In this document: positions 26,437-36,595 of the stretch, one piece after another
Numbering within the stretch: the stretch's first letter is position 1
Layout: the number at the start of each line of letters is the position of its first letter
From: an uncultured Chloroflexia bacterium
Lineage (GTDB): Bacteria; Chloroflexota; Limnocylindria; Limnocylindrales; CSP1-4
NCBI GenBank assembly: GCA_963752475.1
Contig: CAVVYR010000004.1
Location: 32,001 to 96,000 of the forward strand
Length of the DNA: 64,000 bases
Direction of reading: 5' to 3'
Position numbers and translations under genes: made by a program
Notes under the pieces: model-generated
Databases searched by the model: none
Seen by the model: only the letters and a program-made list of their open reading frames with translations
Told to the model about the DNA's origin: nothing

Positions 26437-28302
26437 CTACTCGCCGGTGTCGCGGGCGGCGTGGTCCAGTAGCAGTGCCGCCAGGGCCGCGCCAGGCCAG
26501 GCGAACCAGTGGCGTACGGCTTGGCCCGAGCCCTCCGGGTCGTAGGCCTCGGGCAGCATGCCGTCGGTGAAGGCCGAGCGGACCAGCCGCTCCAGCGCCG
26601 CCTCGCTGCGCTCGTCCTCTTCCATCAGCCCGAACCCGGCCCAGCCCATGATGTCGCCGAGCGTCCACGTGCCCGGTGTGTGGCGCGAGCCGAGCCCACC
26701 CATCGGCCCCTCGACGAAGCCTGGATTCTCACGATCGAAGGCGAAGCGCATCGTGGTCTGCCAATGCTTGTCATCGGGCGGGACGAAGCCCCACAGCGGC
26801 GCGAGGGCGGCGGGCAGGTCGTTGGCGTCCATGTACCGCTCGATGCCACCACGACCATTGACCGAGTAGGCCCACATCTCGCCCAGCGGGCCCTCGATGC
26901 GGAAGTGCGCGAGGAAGGCCTCGCGGATGCGGTCGGCGACCGCGGTCACCTCGGCCGGATCGAGCCCCACCTTGGATGCGAGGCGGGCGAGCTCGGTCGC
27001 GGTGTGCCACAGCAGTACCTGGTCGGACAGCAGGTACGGGTTGGTGGGCACGTCGTCGGCCGGGTTCTCGTCGGTGGCCACCAGGCCCAGGTCCTCGTCG
27101 AGGTTCTGGAGGTTGACCTCCCAGGCATCGCCCACGAGGTCGGACCAGTTCTCCTCCGGCGGCAGCTGCGGAAGCCGCCCAGTGGCTCGGGCGTAGTCGG
27201 CCAGCTCCAGCAGTGGATACATCTGCTGGTCCGACTGCACCGGCCGGTCCTTGGGTCGCCCGTCGGCATGGTGGCTGCGGACCCAGCGGCCGTCGGGCCG
27301 TTCGCAGCGCAGGAAGAGCCAGCGCAGGTGGTCGGCCACGATCTGCTCATCCTCGTTGTGGCCGCCACGCGACCACGTCGAGAGCAGCAGCCGCGCCTGC
27401 CAGTAGGCGTCGCGCGTCCACGAAAGCGGCAGGATGCGATGGTCGGCGAGGATGGCACGCTCGGTGCCGCTGACCTTGAGCGCGGTGCAACCGCGGGTGT
27501 AGATGGCGGCCCGCCGGTTCATCCGCCCCAGCGCCTTCACCAGTCGGGCCGGGACGCGTAGGGGTCGCAGCTCCTCGCGCCCGTCACCCTCGTCCTCGGG
27601 CGGGCGCATCCGCGAGCGATCGGCCCACTCGGGCGGATCCGGCGGCGGGGTGTCGAAGGTGCAGGCGATGTCGATGTGGACCTCTTCGGCCTCGCCCGGC
27701 CAGTCGACCCAGGCCACAGCGGACGGCATCGTCCGCCGCAGGATCTTCCAGCCGATGCGCTGGTCGGCACGCCGTTCGGCCGAGCCACGAGGACCGTCGT
27801 CGCCCTTGCGCAGCCAGGCCTGGACGATGACCGGGCCGCCCTCCCCTTGGACACGGAGCGTGCCCTCGTGTGCTTTCACACGCGACTTGAGCCCGACCTC
27901 GGTGGGCGGGTCGACCTCGGTGATCTCGGCCAGCGCGGGCCAGCCGAGCCGGCCGTTCACGCGGATGCGCACACCCGCGGGCCGGTCCCGGTGGGTGGCG
28001 GAGATGGTGATGCGCTGGACCACGCCACGAGTGCCCCGCGGCGCGTCCTGGCGTGTCGAGACGGTGGCGCGGCCGGCCTCGATGTGCAGGAAGGCGTGCT
28101 CCTCCCGCCGCATCCATGAGCGGTAGCGGCGGGTTGCGACAGCGTCGCCGCGCCACTCGGGCGCGAACAAGGGCAGGCCGTTGAGCTCGACGAAGCCGGC
28201 TTCGGGGTGGACCGTGGACAGGCTCAGCCACTCGCCACCCCGTCCGAATGAGGCGGCGATGAGGCCGTTGCCGATGTCTCGCGGCTTGCGCGGTGCTGTC
28301 AC
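26437..28302 (-). CDS. Six-hairpin glycosidase, GH125-like
   Basis: WTRDAYWQ, TDENPADD, MDANDLP..LAP.WGF and WFAWPGA motifs; follows sugar ABC genes. Confidence 0.75.
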   Translation of the reverse strand: MTAPRKPRDIGNGLIAASFGRGGEWLSLSTVHPEAGFVELNGLPLFAPEWRGDAVATRRYRSWMRREEHAFLHIEAGRATVSTRQDAPRGTRGVVQRITISATHRDRPAGVRIRVNGRLGWPALAEITEVDPPTEVGLKSRVKAHEGTLRVQGEGGPVIVQAWLRKGDDGPRGSAERRADQRIGWKILRRTMPSAVAWVDWPGEAEEVHIDIACTFDTPPPDPPEWADRSRMRPPEDEGDGREELRPLRVPARLVKALGRMNRRAAIYTRGCTALKVSGTERAILADHRILPLSWTRDAYWQARLLLSTWSRGGHNEDEQIVADHLRWLFLRCERPDGRWVRSHHADGRPKDRPVQSDQQMYPLLELADYARATGRLPQLPPEENWSDLVGDAWEVNLQNLDEDLGLVATDENPADDVPTNPYLLSDQVLLWHTATELARLASKVGLDPAEVTAVADRIREAFLAHFRIEGPLGEMWAYSVNGRGGIERYMDANDLPAALAPLWGFVPPDDKHWQTTMRFAFDRENPGFVEGPMGGLGSRHTPGTWTLGDIMGWAGFGLMEEDERSEAALERLVRSAFTDGMLPEAYDPEGSGQAVRHWFAWPGAALAALLLDHAARDTGE

Positions 28303-28380
28303 ATGCCGATGGTACGTGCTGGTTCCGCATCGGGCCACGGGATGTGGTCACGTCCCCGACGCGGCTACCTGAGATCTCGC

Positions 28381-29283
28381 TCAGCCCTTGACCCCGCCGG
28401 TGGTGAGTCCCTCGGTGAGGAACCGCTCTGCGAGGAAGAAGAGCAGGATGATCGGCAGCGACATGACCACCGACCCTGCCATCAGCACCGTCTTGGGAAC
28501 CTCAGTCGAATCCAGCTGCTGGAGACCGAGCGGCAACGTCCAGAGGGCGGGTTGATCGACCAGGAAGAGCAGGGCGAAGAGGAACTCGTTCCAGGCGATC
28601 ATGAAGACGTACAGCGAGACCGCGGCGATGGCCGGCGCCGCCAAGGGCAAGGTGATGCGTCTGATCACCCCGGTCCGCGATAGGCCGTCGATCATGCCGG
28701 CTTCCTCGAGGGCGACCGGGATCGAGAGGAACTGGCTTCGGAGCATGTACAGAGCGACGGGGATGGTCTGCGCGAGGTACACGATGATCAGGCCGGCGAG
28801 CGTGCTGCGCAGCGCGATGTCTCCCACTGTCAGGCGGCTGAAGAGCACGAACAACGGGATGGCGATGATGATCGCCGGGAAGAGGTAGACGACGAGGACG
28901 GTCCCGGTGACCACGGTCTTGCCTCGGAACTTGAGGCGGACCATGGCGTAGGCGGCGAAGACCGAGGCCGTGACGGTGAAGAAGGTCGCCCCCAGCGTCA
29001 CGATGAGCGAGTTGATGATGAAGCGCCCGAAGCCCTGATCGACGAACACCTGTCGGTAGGTGTCGAGTCCGATGACATCGTCGAGGTCAGGAAGGAAGTT
29101 GGCCGGCTCGCGGAGGAGCTCCGAGATGGGCTTGAAGGACAGGCCGACCATGTAGATGAGCGGGAAGACGGTGATCGCGACGAAGAAGACGATGCTCGCC
29201 CACTTGAGGACGGTGAGGACCTTGGTCTCGGTCTCGTCCCTGGTCCAGCGACGACGGGGCCGGGTGCCCTGCGCACTCGCCAT
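28381..29283 (-). CDS. Carbohydrate ABC transporter permease
   Basis: LEEAGMIDG EAA loop and AWNEFLFA; start ATG 29283. Confidence 0.93.
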   Translation of the reverse strand: MASAQGTRPRRRWTRDETETKVLTVLKWASIVFFVAITVFPLIYMVGLSFKPISELLREPANFLPDLDDVIGLDTYRQVFVDQGFGRFIINSLIVTLGATFFTVTASVFAAYAMVRLKFRGKTVVTGTVLVVYLFPAIIIAIPLFVLFSRLTVGDIALRSTLAGLIIVYLAQTIPVALYMLRSQFLSIPVALEEAGMIDGLSRTGVIRRITLPLAAPAIAAVSLYVFMIAWNEFLFALLFLVDQPALWTLPLGLQQLDSTEVPKTVLMAGSVVMSLPIILLFFLAERFLTEGLTTGGVKG

Positions 29284-30242
29284 CACTCGGCCTCCTCGTC
29301 TCGATGGAAGAACCGGAAGTAGAACGCCAGGAGGATCAGGAGGATCACCGCGAGGACGATGGCCAACGCCGCCGCAGCGCCGATGTCCGCGCGGCCGCGT
29401 AACCATTCGACGATCTTGATGGTGATCACCTGTGTTCCCGCCGCGCCCCCGTTCAACAGGTAGATGTCATCGAACTTGTTGAAGGTGAAGATGAACCGCA
29501 GCACGAAGAGGATGGAGATAACGCCCCAGAGTTGCGGCAGGGTGATGTATCGGAAGCGCTGGGTGGGAGTCGCTCCGTCGACTCGGGCAGCCTCGTCGTA
29601 CACCTCGGGGATGGACTGGAGCCGGGCAAGGATGAACAGGAAGGCGAAGGGGAAGTACCGCCACCATTCGAAGATGATCACCGTCGTCAAGGCAAGCGGG
29701 ACGGTGAAGTCGAACCCAAGGATGCTGAGCTCGGCCGAACGGGAGTTCAGGAAGTCCGTCCGGGTTCCGCCCGCTGCGACGATCCATTCGTTCACGACAC
29801 CGAAGGTCGGATGGAGCATGAGCCTCCAGACCAGTGCCGCGGCCACGACGGGAACAACGTAGGGGAACAGCATCAGCCCGCGCACCGCCGAGCGGCCGAG
29901 GAAGGCTTTCTTCACGACGAGGGCTGCCCACAAGGCGATGAGCAGCGACCCGGCGGTCCCGAGGAAGGCGTAGAGCAGCGTCGTCCAAACCGTCGGCCAG
30001 AAGTCGCGGACCCCGATGACCTTGCGGAAGTTGTCCAGCGACGCGGTCGAGAAGTCGAGGAAGTCGACCGTGGACAGCTCGATCAGGCGGATGCTGCGGA
30101 AGCTGAGCGAGACGTTCCAGATCAAGGGGAAGATCACGAGGAGCAGGACGATCACGATGGCCGGCAACACCAGGGCGTAGCCCAGCCGAGCCTCTTGGCT
30201 GGCGAGTGTCGCTTGCTTCCTGCGCCGGAATCGCAGCGCCAT
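29283..30242 (-). CDS. Carbohydrate ABC transporter permease
   Basis: LQSIPEVYDEAARVDGA...FRYITLP. Confidence 0.93.
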   Translation of the reverse strand: MALRFRRRKQATLASQEARLGYALVLPAIVIVLLLVIFPLIWNVSLSFRSIRLIELSTVDFLDFSTASLDNFRKVIGVRDFWPTVWTTLLYAFLGTAGSLLIALWAALVVKKAFLGRSAVRGLMLFPYVVPVVAAALVWRLMLHPTFGVVNEWIVAAGGTRTDFLNSRSAELSILGFDFTVPLALTTVIIFEWWRYFPFAFLFILARLQSIPEVYDEAARVDGATPTQRFRYITLPQLWGVISILFVLRFIFTFNKFDDIYLLNGGAAGTQVITIKIVEWLRGRADIGAAAALAIVLAVILLILLAFYFRFFHRDEEAE

Positions 30243-30275
30243 CCTGTCTCCCCGTTCTAGCGATCGAGTATCGCG

Positions 30276-30310
30276 AAGGGCCCTGCCCAGAAACTCGGCC
30301 AGGACCCTTC
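30276..30310 (-). terminator. Intercistronic stem-loop after the solute-binding protein gene
   Basis: Imperfect inverted repeat AAGGGCCCTG ... CAGGACCCTT. Confidence 0.5.
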
Positions 30311-30327
30311 AGCGAACTCGTTTCGGC

Positions 30328-31713
30328 TTAGCCTCCGATCAGGCTGAGCTCCTCTTCGATGACCGCCGCAGCTTCCGCCACAGCCTCCTCTGGCGTCATC
30401 GCGCCATCGAGGACCTCACCGAGCGCTGCCGGAACCGGCAGCGAGGTGTAGACGGCCGTCACCAGCTCGCCCTGGCCCTGCGGGAAGCCCCAGCGCGCGT
30501 ACGAGTTAGCACCGTCCGCGATCTGGTCGATGATGTCCTCGGAGTAGAACTCCGACAGCGGAGCCTTGCGGTCGACACCCGTCTCGAGCGTCTTCCACTG
30601 GTCGACGAATGCGTTCGGGTCTTCAGGCGTACCACTGCGCATCGGGAACTTGCCCTCGACCGAGGTCGACAGCCACTGGATGTAGGCCGGGTCGGAGAAC
30701 CAGTACTCGAGGAACGCCTGGGCAGCCTCAGTGTCGGAGCCCGCCCCGATGCCCATGTAGCTCACCTGGCCGTACTGGCTGGGCTCGCCACTGGGTCCGG
30801 AGATGGCGGTGACGATGCCGGAGTTCTCGGCCAGGAAGGCCGGGTTGTCGACGCACTCGTCACACGCGGGGAATGCCGCGTCACGCAGGCCGGCCATCTC
30901 GTCGAGGATGAACGGGGACCACGGCACCATGGCCGCCTGCCCCGCGAAGTAGGCCGCACGGGTCGAGACCACGTCCTGGGCGCCGCCAGGGCTGTAGTTC
31001 TTCAACAGGTCCGTGTAGAAGGTCAGTGCCTCGACACACTCGGGGCTGTCGAACGCGACGCCCATGTCGTCGGTGAGCTCGCAGCCGTTGGCGAGGGCGA
31101 AGTGCTCGAACACCTGCTGGGTGAAGACATCGCCCGGGATGTTCGCGCCGGTGATGCCGTACATGTCGTTGTCAGGGTCGGTCAGCGCAGCCGCGGCCGC
31201 CTCGATGGCCTCATAGGTGGTCGGAGCCTCCAGACCGGCGGCATCGAAGAGATCCTTGCGGTAGACGATGAGCTGACCCCAGCCATCACTGGGGACCGCT
31301 GCGACGTTGCCGTCGATGGTCGCGAGACCCAGTGCGGCGTCGGCGAACGTCGACGGATCGAGGGATTCGACGACGGCGTTGGCGGCCTCCGTGTCCAGGA
31401 GTCCCTGGCTGGCCCAACCGACCGTGTAGTCGATGGGGTGGAAGACGACCTCGGGCAGGATCCCTGTCGCCGCGGCGGACAGCATGATCTCGGTGAGGTT
31501 GTTCTCATCCACCGGCACCAGCGTCACGCTGATCCCGGACTGCTCCTCGAACCCTTCGACGATGCCCTGGGTGATCGCCAGCCGTTCGGGCTGGGTCTCA
31601 GTGCTCCAGAACGTGATGTTTCCGCCGTCCTGGGCGGTGACTGCGCCACCGACGAGCGATGCCGTGAGGGCCACGGTCATCCCGACGCCGACTGCGCGCT
31701 TGCCCATCCTCAT
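30328..31713 (-). CDS. Carbohydrate ABC transporter substrate-binding protein
   Basis: Signal peptide; YRKDLFDAAGLEAPTT; adjacent to two permeases. Confidence 0.92.
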   Translation of the reverse strand: MRMGKRAVGVGMTVALTASLVGGAVTAQDGGNITFWSTETQPERLAITQGIVEGFEEQSGISVTLVPVDENNLTEIMLSAAATGILPEVVFHPIDYTVGWASQGLLDTEAANAVVESLDPSTFADAALGLATIDGNVAAVPSDGWGQLIVYRKDLFDAAGLEAPTTYEAIEAAAAALTDPDNDMYGITGANIPGDVFTQQVFEHFALANGCELTDDMGVAFDSPECVEALTFYTDLLKNYSPGGAQDVVSTRAAYFAGQAAMVPWSPFILDEMAGLRDAAFPACDECVDNPAFLAENSGIVTAISGPSGEPSQYGQVSYMGIGAGSDTEAAQAFLEYWFSDPAYIQWLSTSVEGKFPMRSGTPEDPNAFVDQWKTLETGVDRKAPLSEFYSEDIIDQIADGANSYARWGFPQGQGELVTAVYTSLPVPAALGEVLDGAMTPEEAVAEAAAVIEEELSLIGG

Positions 31714-32012
31714 CAGGGTTTGCTCCTTTCGCTGCTATGCGAGGAGCACGCGAACCTCGGACTCATCTCGCGCGTCTCCCAACCCGCGCGGCCTGAGCCT
31801 GTCGCCCACGCCTCCTCCAAAGCCAATCCCGGCGAGTGCCGGGGTCACTGGGCGCGGCCATGGTACGCCCACCTGCCGCCTACATCAAAGCGAATCCGCA
31901 GACCCTCGGTCGCTGTTGGACTGGAGAGAGTGGATGGTTGTCTCGGGCGCCGTCCCTTTCGCCTCGTCGCGTGGGCCACCGAGCGGCAGCAGCCTTGGGC
32001 CGTCGTTCGGTG

Positions 32013-32831
32013 TCAGTTCTGGCGCGAGGACGCCAGGAACCCGGTGATGCGGGCAGCCAGCTCTTCGGGCGCCTCCAAGCCGGGAAGGTGCGCGACGCCC
32101 GGGATGATCGCCGCGCTCGCGCTAGGGACGTTGGCCGCGAGGTACTCGGTCGCCTCGAGGTGGTACGAGAAGTCGAGCTCGCCGCAGACGGCCAGCACCG
32201 GCATCGTCAGGCGCTCGAGCTGCTCCGAGGCCGGTGGCTGCAAACGGACCGAGCGCCCGCGCTCGCGGCCCGGCTCGTTGATGGCGTGATCCATCTCGCG
32301 CACAAGCTCACGGATGTCTTCGGGCACGCGGTTCGGGGGTTGGCCCGGGCCGTCGACCCAGGCACGCACGTCCGCGTCTGCGATGGCAGCGGGGTCGCCG
32401 GCCTTCGCGGTCGCCTCGAGCTCGTCCTCGATGGCCTCCTCTTCTGGCTTCAGGCCCGGCCAGTGGTCGGGCACGATCGAACCGATGGTCACCAGCGCGG
32501 AGACCCGGCCGGGGAACTCGATGGCCGTGTCGAGGGCGATCTGGCCGCCGATGGAGTTTCCCACCAGCACGGCCTGCCCGAAACCGAGCGCATCGAGCAC
32601 CGCGATCGTGTCGGCACGATGGCTGAACTCCGCGTCTTCGGTGGTGCTGCCGCCGATCCCGCGTCGGTCGAATGCCACCACCCGGTAGCCCTCTCGTAGC
32701 AGGAGCGGCGTCAGCGGCTCCCAAGCCCAGGAGTCGACGATGCCGGCGTGGAGCAGAACGATCGGCGGGCCCTCCCCGAAGTCATGGACCTCCAACCGAC
32801 CCCCTGGGACATCGACGTGGCGCTGGGTCAT
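32013..32831 (-). CDS. Alpha/beta hydrolase
   Basis: VLLHAG, FDRRGIGGS, GNSIGG, GELD and AHLP motifs. Confidence 0.92.
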   Translation of the reverse strand: MTQRHVDVPGGRLEVHDFGEGPPIVLLHAGIVDSWAWEPLTPLLLREGYRVVAFDRRGIGGSTTEDAEFSHRADTIAVLDALGFGQAVLVGNSIGGQIALDTAIEFPGRVSALVTIGSIVPDHWPGLKPEEEAIEDELEATAKAGDPAAIADADVRAWVDGPGQPPNRVPEDIRELVREMDHAINEPGRERGRSVRLQPPASEQLERLTMPVLAVCGELDFSYHLEATEYLAANVPSASAAIIPGVAHLPGLEAPEELAARITGFLASSRQN

Positions 32832-32840
32832 GAAGTGCTC

Positions 32841-34169
32841 CTATGCCACCGAGTAGAGCTGGTGGTCGCCGGGCACACCCTTGAGCTGGTGCACACCCTG
32901 GTCGTGGAACGAGAGGCCGCTGCCGGCGGTGATCATGGGCACGATGGCACTGACCCAGACCTCACCCGGTTTAGCCATCGCGGCCACACGCGCTCCGGTA
33001 TGGACGGCGATGCCCGCCACGCCGCCGTCGAGCAGCTCTACTTCCCCGGTATGGACACCCGCACGGATCGCGAGGCCCAGCGGCGCGACGGTCTGCTGGA
33101 TGGAACGAGCGCAAGCAATGGCCCGAGCCGGTCCGTCGAAGGTGGCCAGGATGCCGTCGCCGGCCATGTCGACCTCCTGTCCCTGGTGGCGTTCGACCGA
33201 CTCGCGCACGATGCGGTGATGCTGCTCCAGCAGCTCACGCCAGCGGCGGTCGCCCAACTCAGTGGCGTGCGTCGTGGAGTCGACGATGTCCGTGAAGAGG
33301 ACGGTGGCCAGCACGCGGTCGACGGTGGTCGGTGGGGCGTCACGCTCGCCGGTGACGAACTCGCGCAGCTCAGCGATGGAGCGGTCGGCTTCTTCCGCCC
33401 ACAGGAAGTGGTCTGAGCCCGGACTCTCGACGAAACGGGAGTCTGGGATCGTGCGCGCGAGGAACCGAGCGTTCTCTACCGAGCAGACCCTGTCGCCGAC
33501 CGTGTGATAGATGAGCGTGGGGACTGCGATGTGAGGGACCACGTGACGCACGTCGATGTCGTGGGCCATACGCGCGAACGCCTTCCAGCCGCCGGGCGTG
33601 GCCGAGTTGCGTTGGAGTCGCCCGAACCATTCGGCGATCTCCGGGTCATCACCGATGCTGGGGATGAAGACACTCAGCGAGCGGGGCTTGCCCCAGCGCT
33701 CATCGACGCTGGCAATGTACTCCTCGAACTCGGCGTCGGTGCCTTCACCCCAGGGCCACTCCTCGTCGCGACGCTCGCGGACCTCCGCGCCGGCCAGGAC
33801 GAGGCCCTGCGTGCGCTCTGGATAGGCGGCTGCGAAGAGCATCGACAGCGGCCCGCCTTCCGACTGTCCGATGAGCACCGCGCGCTCGCTTCCGATGGCG
33901 TCCATCACCGCGCGGATGTCATCCATGCGTGTCTCGAGCGTGGTCGCACCGGGGACGCGATCGGACATGCCCATGCCGCGCTTGTCGAAGCGGATGAGCC
34001 GGGCAAACTCGCCGATCCGCTCACACCAGGCGCGGAACAGCGGTTGGTCCCACCAGACCTCGAGGTGAGAGATAGCCCCCTGCACGTGGACGATGTCGAC
34101 TGGGCCCTCCCCGTTCATGGAGTAGGCCACCGAGACATCACCGCTCTGAGCGAAGCGCACGTCGGGCAT
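32841..34169 (-). CDS. Alpha/beta hydrolase fused to a class III nucleotide cyclase (LipJ-like)
   Basis: FDKRGMGMSDR and GQSEGG; then LFTDIVDST, AGDGILATF, RAGVHTGE and LKGVPG. Confidence 0.92.
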   Translation of the reverse strand: MPDVRFAQSGDVSVAYSMNGEGPVDIVHVQGAISHLEVWWDQPLFRAWCERIGEFARLIRFDKRGMGMSDRVPGATTLETRMDDIRAVMDAIGSERAVLIGQSEGGPLSMLFAAAYPERTQGLVLAGAEVRERRDEEWPWGEGTDAEFEEYIASVDERWGKPRSLSVFIPSIGDDPEIAEWFGRLQRNSATPGGWKAFARMAHDIDVRHVVPHIAVPTLIYHTVGDRVCSVENARFLARTIPDSRFVESPGSDHFLWAEEADRSIAELREFVTGERDAPPTTVDRVLATVLFTDIVDSTTHATELGDRRWRELLEQHHRIVRESVERHQGQEVDMAGDGILATFDGPARAIACARSIQQTVAPLGLAIRAGVHTGEVELLDGGVAGIAVHTGARVAAMAKPGEVWVSAIVPMITAGSGLSFHDQGVHQLKGVPGDHQLYSVA

Positions 34170-34307
34170 GGCCCGAGGATAGGGAACCGCGGGTCGAATA
34201 GCGCGCCCGTCTCGAAAATGGGCACCTGCTGGCTAGACGATGGTCAGCTCAAGATGCCGACCCCATGACACCGTTTGGGCGTCAGCAGGCGGCTGACGGA
34301 GTCCGGG

Positions 34308-34922
34308 TCAGCCTGGCGCAGCGATGGCCGCCGGGACGTCGATGTCGATGGAGTCGATGGGCAGTGATACGGTCGAACCGATCGGCGGGAGGGCGCCGGG
34401 GAAGATGAGTCCCTGGCTGCGCCAGACGTTGCCCATGCCGCCGGCGGTCACCACGTAGCTGTAGCCCTCGTATTCGCCCGTGCCCTCCAGCCAGTACGTC
34501 TGCACGAATGCGCCGTTGGCCAGACTGCCGCTGAAGGTGCCCTCCCAGCTCCCGCCCTCGTTGACGAGCTGCATCTCGCCATAGCGCACCTGGGTGGCGC
34601 CGACGGTCCCGTCGGCTTCCGGGTAGGCGTCGTAGTTGACGGTGATGACGGCCTGGCCGGACACCCGCTCGTCACTCGAAGCCTCGACCGTGGTCAGCTC
34701 ATTGCCGCGCAGTCGGAAGACGGACCCATCGAGCGCCACGACACCGGGGCTGCGCTGCCCGACGAGCGTCGAGGTGCCCTGGACGGACACCGCCGCGAGC
34801 GGTTCAGCCGCTTGCTCACCAGCGCTGGGTTCCGCCGCCTCCTGGGCAGCGGTCGCGGTTCCCCCGAAGGCCAGGAGCGCGCCGAAGCACAGCGCCGCCC
34901 GGGCCGAACGATCCTTCACCAT
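34308..34922 (-). CDS. Secreted hypothetical protein
   Basis: Signal peptide; LVNEGGSWEG / LEGTGEYEG motifs shared with 36596-37708. Confidence 0.7.
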   Translation of the reverse strand: MVKDRSARAALCFGALLAFGGTATAAQEAAEPSAGEQAAEPLAAVSVQGTSTLVGQRSPGVVALDGSVFRLRGNELTTVEASSDERVSGQAVITVNYDAYPEADGTVGATQVRYGEMQLVNEGGSWEGTFSGSLANGAFVQTYWLEGTGEYEGYSYVVTAGGMGNVWRSQGLIFPGALPPIGSTVSLPIDSIDIDVPAAIAAPG

Positions 34923-35029
34923 CGTCAGTCTCCTGCAGGACACCGGGGCCGGCCATCACGCCACGGGGTCAGGAGCAGGGTACCCCCCTGTCGGTAGAAG
35001 GCGTCGGCTCGAACCCGTGGCCGGCGGGG

Positions 35030-35530
35030 CTAGAGCTGGGCGATGAGTCCCTCGATCGCCGCGCGCATGCGCTCGACAGCGACCGCATCCGGCGCGGCCG
35101 TCAGGTCCACCGCTTCGACGACGAGCCCAATGAAGCGGCCCTGAAGCGGCTCCGGGCGCACGAGCTGGGCCATGGCGATGACCTCGTCGATGGGCTGGAT
35201 CGTGGACGAGCTGGCCTCGAGCGGCTCCTCTCGGCCCACGAGCTCGATGAAGGGCACCTCCTCGATGCCATCGGCCTCGCCGAGGATGGTGTCGGCGATG
35301 ACGACGAACGTGCCCGCGGAGAGATCGCGCAGGTACTCGGGGCGCATGGGGCCGGTGAGCTTGAGGTCGATGCGCTCGAGCACAGCAGCGGGCAGACTCT
35401 TGCAGGCGGCGATGGCGACGGAGTCGTGCTCGCTATGGGCGGGATCACCGCAGGCGAAGACGACGACTTCGGCGCGCTGTTCTGTGAGCGACTCGGGCGC
35501 ACGTCCCGGGAGCTGATCGAGGCGGTCCAC
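35030..35530 (-). CDS. Hydrogenase maturation protease-like protein (degenerate)
   Basis: VVVFACGD..H..HDSV, VVIADT and SSST match the HybD/HycI scaffold; neighbours a HypA-like gene. Confidence 0.6.
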   Translation of the reverse strand: MDRLDQLPGRAPESLTEQRAEVVVFACGDPAHSEHDSVAIAACKSLPAAVLERIDLKLTGPMRPEYLRDLSAGTFVVIADTILGEADGIEEVPFIELVGREEPLEASSSTIQPIDEVIAMAQLVRPEPLQGRFIGLVVEAVDLTAAPDAVAVERMRAAIEGLIAQL

Positions 35531-36012
35531 TACCAGGGCGGCCGCTGCTCGGAGCCGTACAGGTCCAGCAGCTGCTGGCGGGTGGCTTCCAGGCGCCGCG
35601 CCAGTGCTTCGGCCAGGCGGGGATAGACGCCCGCCGAGAGCACGCAGTCGGCCTTGAGCTCCGCGCGCAGCGCATCGGCCTCGACCGCGATGACCTTGAC
35701 CGGCTCCAGGCTCACGACCGTGGCCGTGGCCCGATACGGCGGGATGAGGGCGGACCAGCCGAAGACGTCACCCGGCTCGGCGCTCATCAGCGTCACCGAG
35801 CCGCGGCCGGCGACATGCTCGGTCAGCGCGATGCGGCCGTCGACGAGGATGCTCAGCTCCTTGGTCTCGTCGCCCTCGCGCAGCAGGCGGGTTCGAGCCG
35901 GCGCCTCGTACTCGCGCGCCATCGAACTGAGTCGCCGGAGCGATTCGTCGGGCAGGTCGGAGCCGAACCAGGTCGCGCGGATGTGCTCGGCGAGGAGGGT
36001 GGGATCACTCAT
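35530..36012 (-). CDS. Stand-alone cyclic nucleotide-binding domain protein
   Basis: LLREGD, PGDVFGWSALIPPYRATAT and RRLEATRQQLLDLYG. Confidence 0.88.
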   Translation of the reverse strand: MSDPTLLAEHIRATWFGSDLPDESLRRLSSMAREYEAPARTRLLREGDETKELSILVDGRIALTEHVAGRGSVTLMSAEPGDVFGWSALIPPYRATATVVSLEPVKVIAVEADALRAELKADCVLSAGVYPRLAEALARRLEATRQQLLDLYGSEQRPPW

Positions 36013-36120
36013 CGAGCCATCACCCTAGCGGAAGACCCGCAGCGCTACAGGGCCAAGGGCCACGACCGAATGGGCCGCTCGGCATCGCGCAGGCTGGCGC
36101 GACGAGCGCATCATGGAGCC

Positions 36121-36453
36121 ATGCACGACGCAGGTGAGGTCGGCGAGGCCATCGCGAAGGCGATCGGCGGCTGGCCCAAGGGCGGCAAGGGCGGCCAGCT
36201 GGAGCTGGAGATCCGCGACGCCACTCGCCTGGAATCTGAGTCGGTGGCACTCGACGCGGCGTACTACCTCGTCGATCACGGCTTCGCCAGCACGACCTTC
36301 ACCATCACCACCAATGACGTCCACTGCCCGCAGTGCGGCGAGCTGGGTATGCACTCATCGCCGGACGAGCCGCGCTGCGAACACTGCGGCGCTCCCCTGC
36401 CCCAGGTGGCGGGGCCGGCGGTCGTCTGTCGCGTGGTCGTTCCCTGCGCCTGA
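36121..36453 (+). CDS. HypA-like nickel metallochaperone (divergent)
   Basis: Starts MHD; CPQC and CEHCG zinc finger; about 110 aa. Confidence 0.65.
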   Translation: MHDAGEVGEAIAKAIGGWPKGGKGGQLELEIRDATRLESESVALDAAYYLVDHGFASTTFTITTNDVHCPQCGELGMHSSPDEPRCEHCGAPLPQVAGPAVVCRVVVPCA

Positions 36454-36462
36454 AGTAGCACC

Positions 36463-36540
36463 TGCCGGCGTCTGCGGCTGGCGCTGCCGCGCGTCTGCGG
36501 CTGGCGCTGCCGGGGTCGGGCTGGCGCTGCCGGGTGGCGT
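36463..36540. repeat. Three copies of GGCTGGCGCTGCCG in a convergent gap
   Basis: Copies near 36476, 36499 and 36519. Confidence 0.75.
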
Positions 36541-36595
36541 CAGCGGGGCGACAATCGGCGACATCGGCCTCACCTGGCGCCGAGGGCACCCCCCG

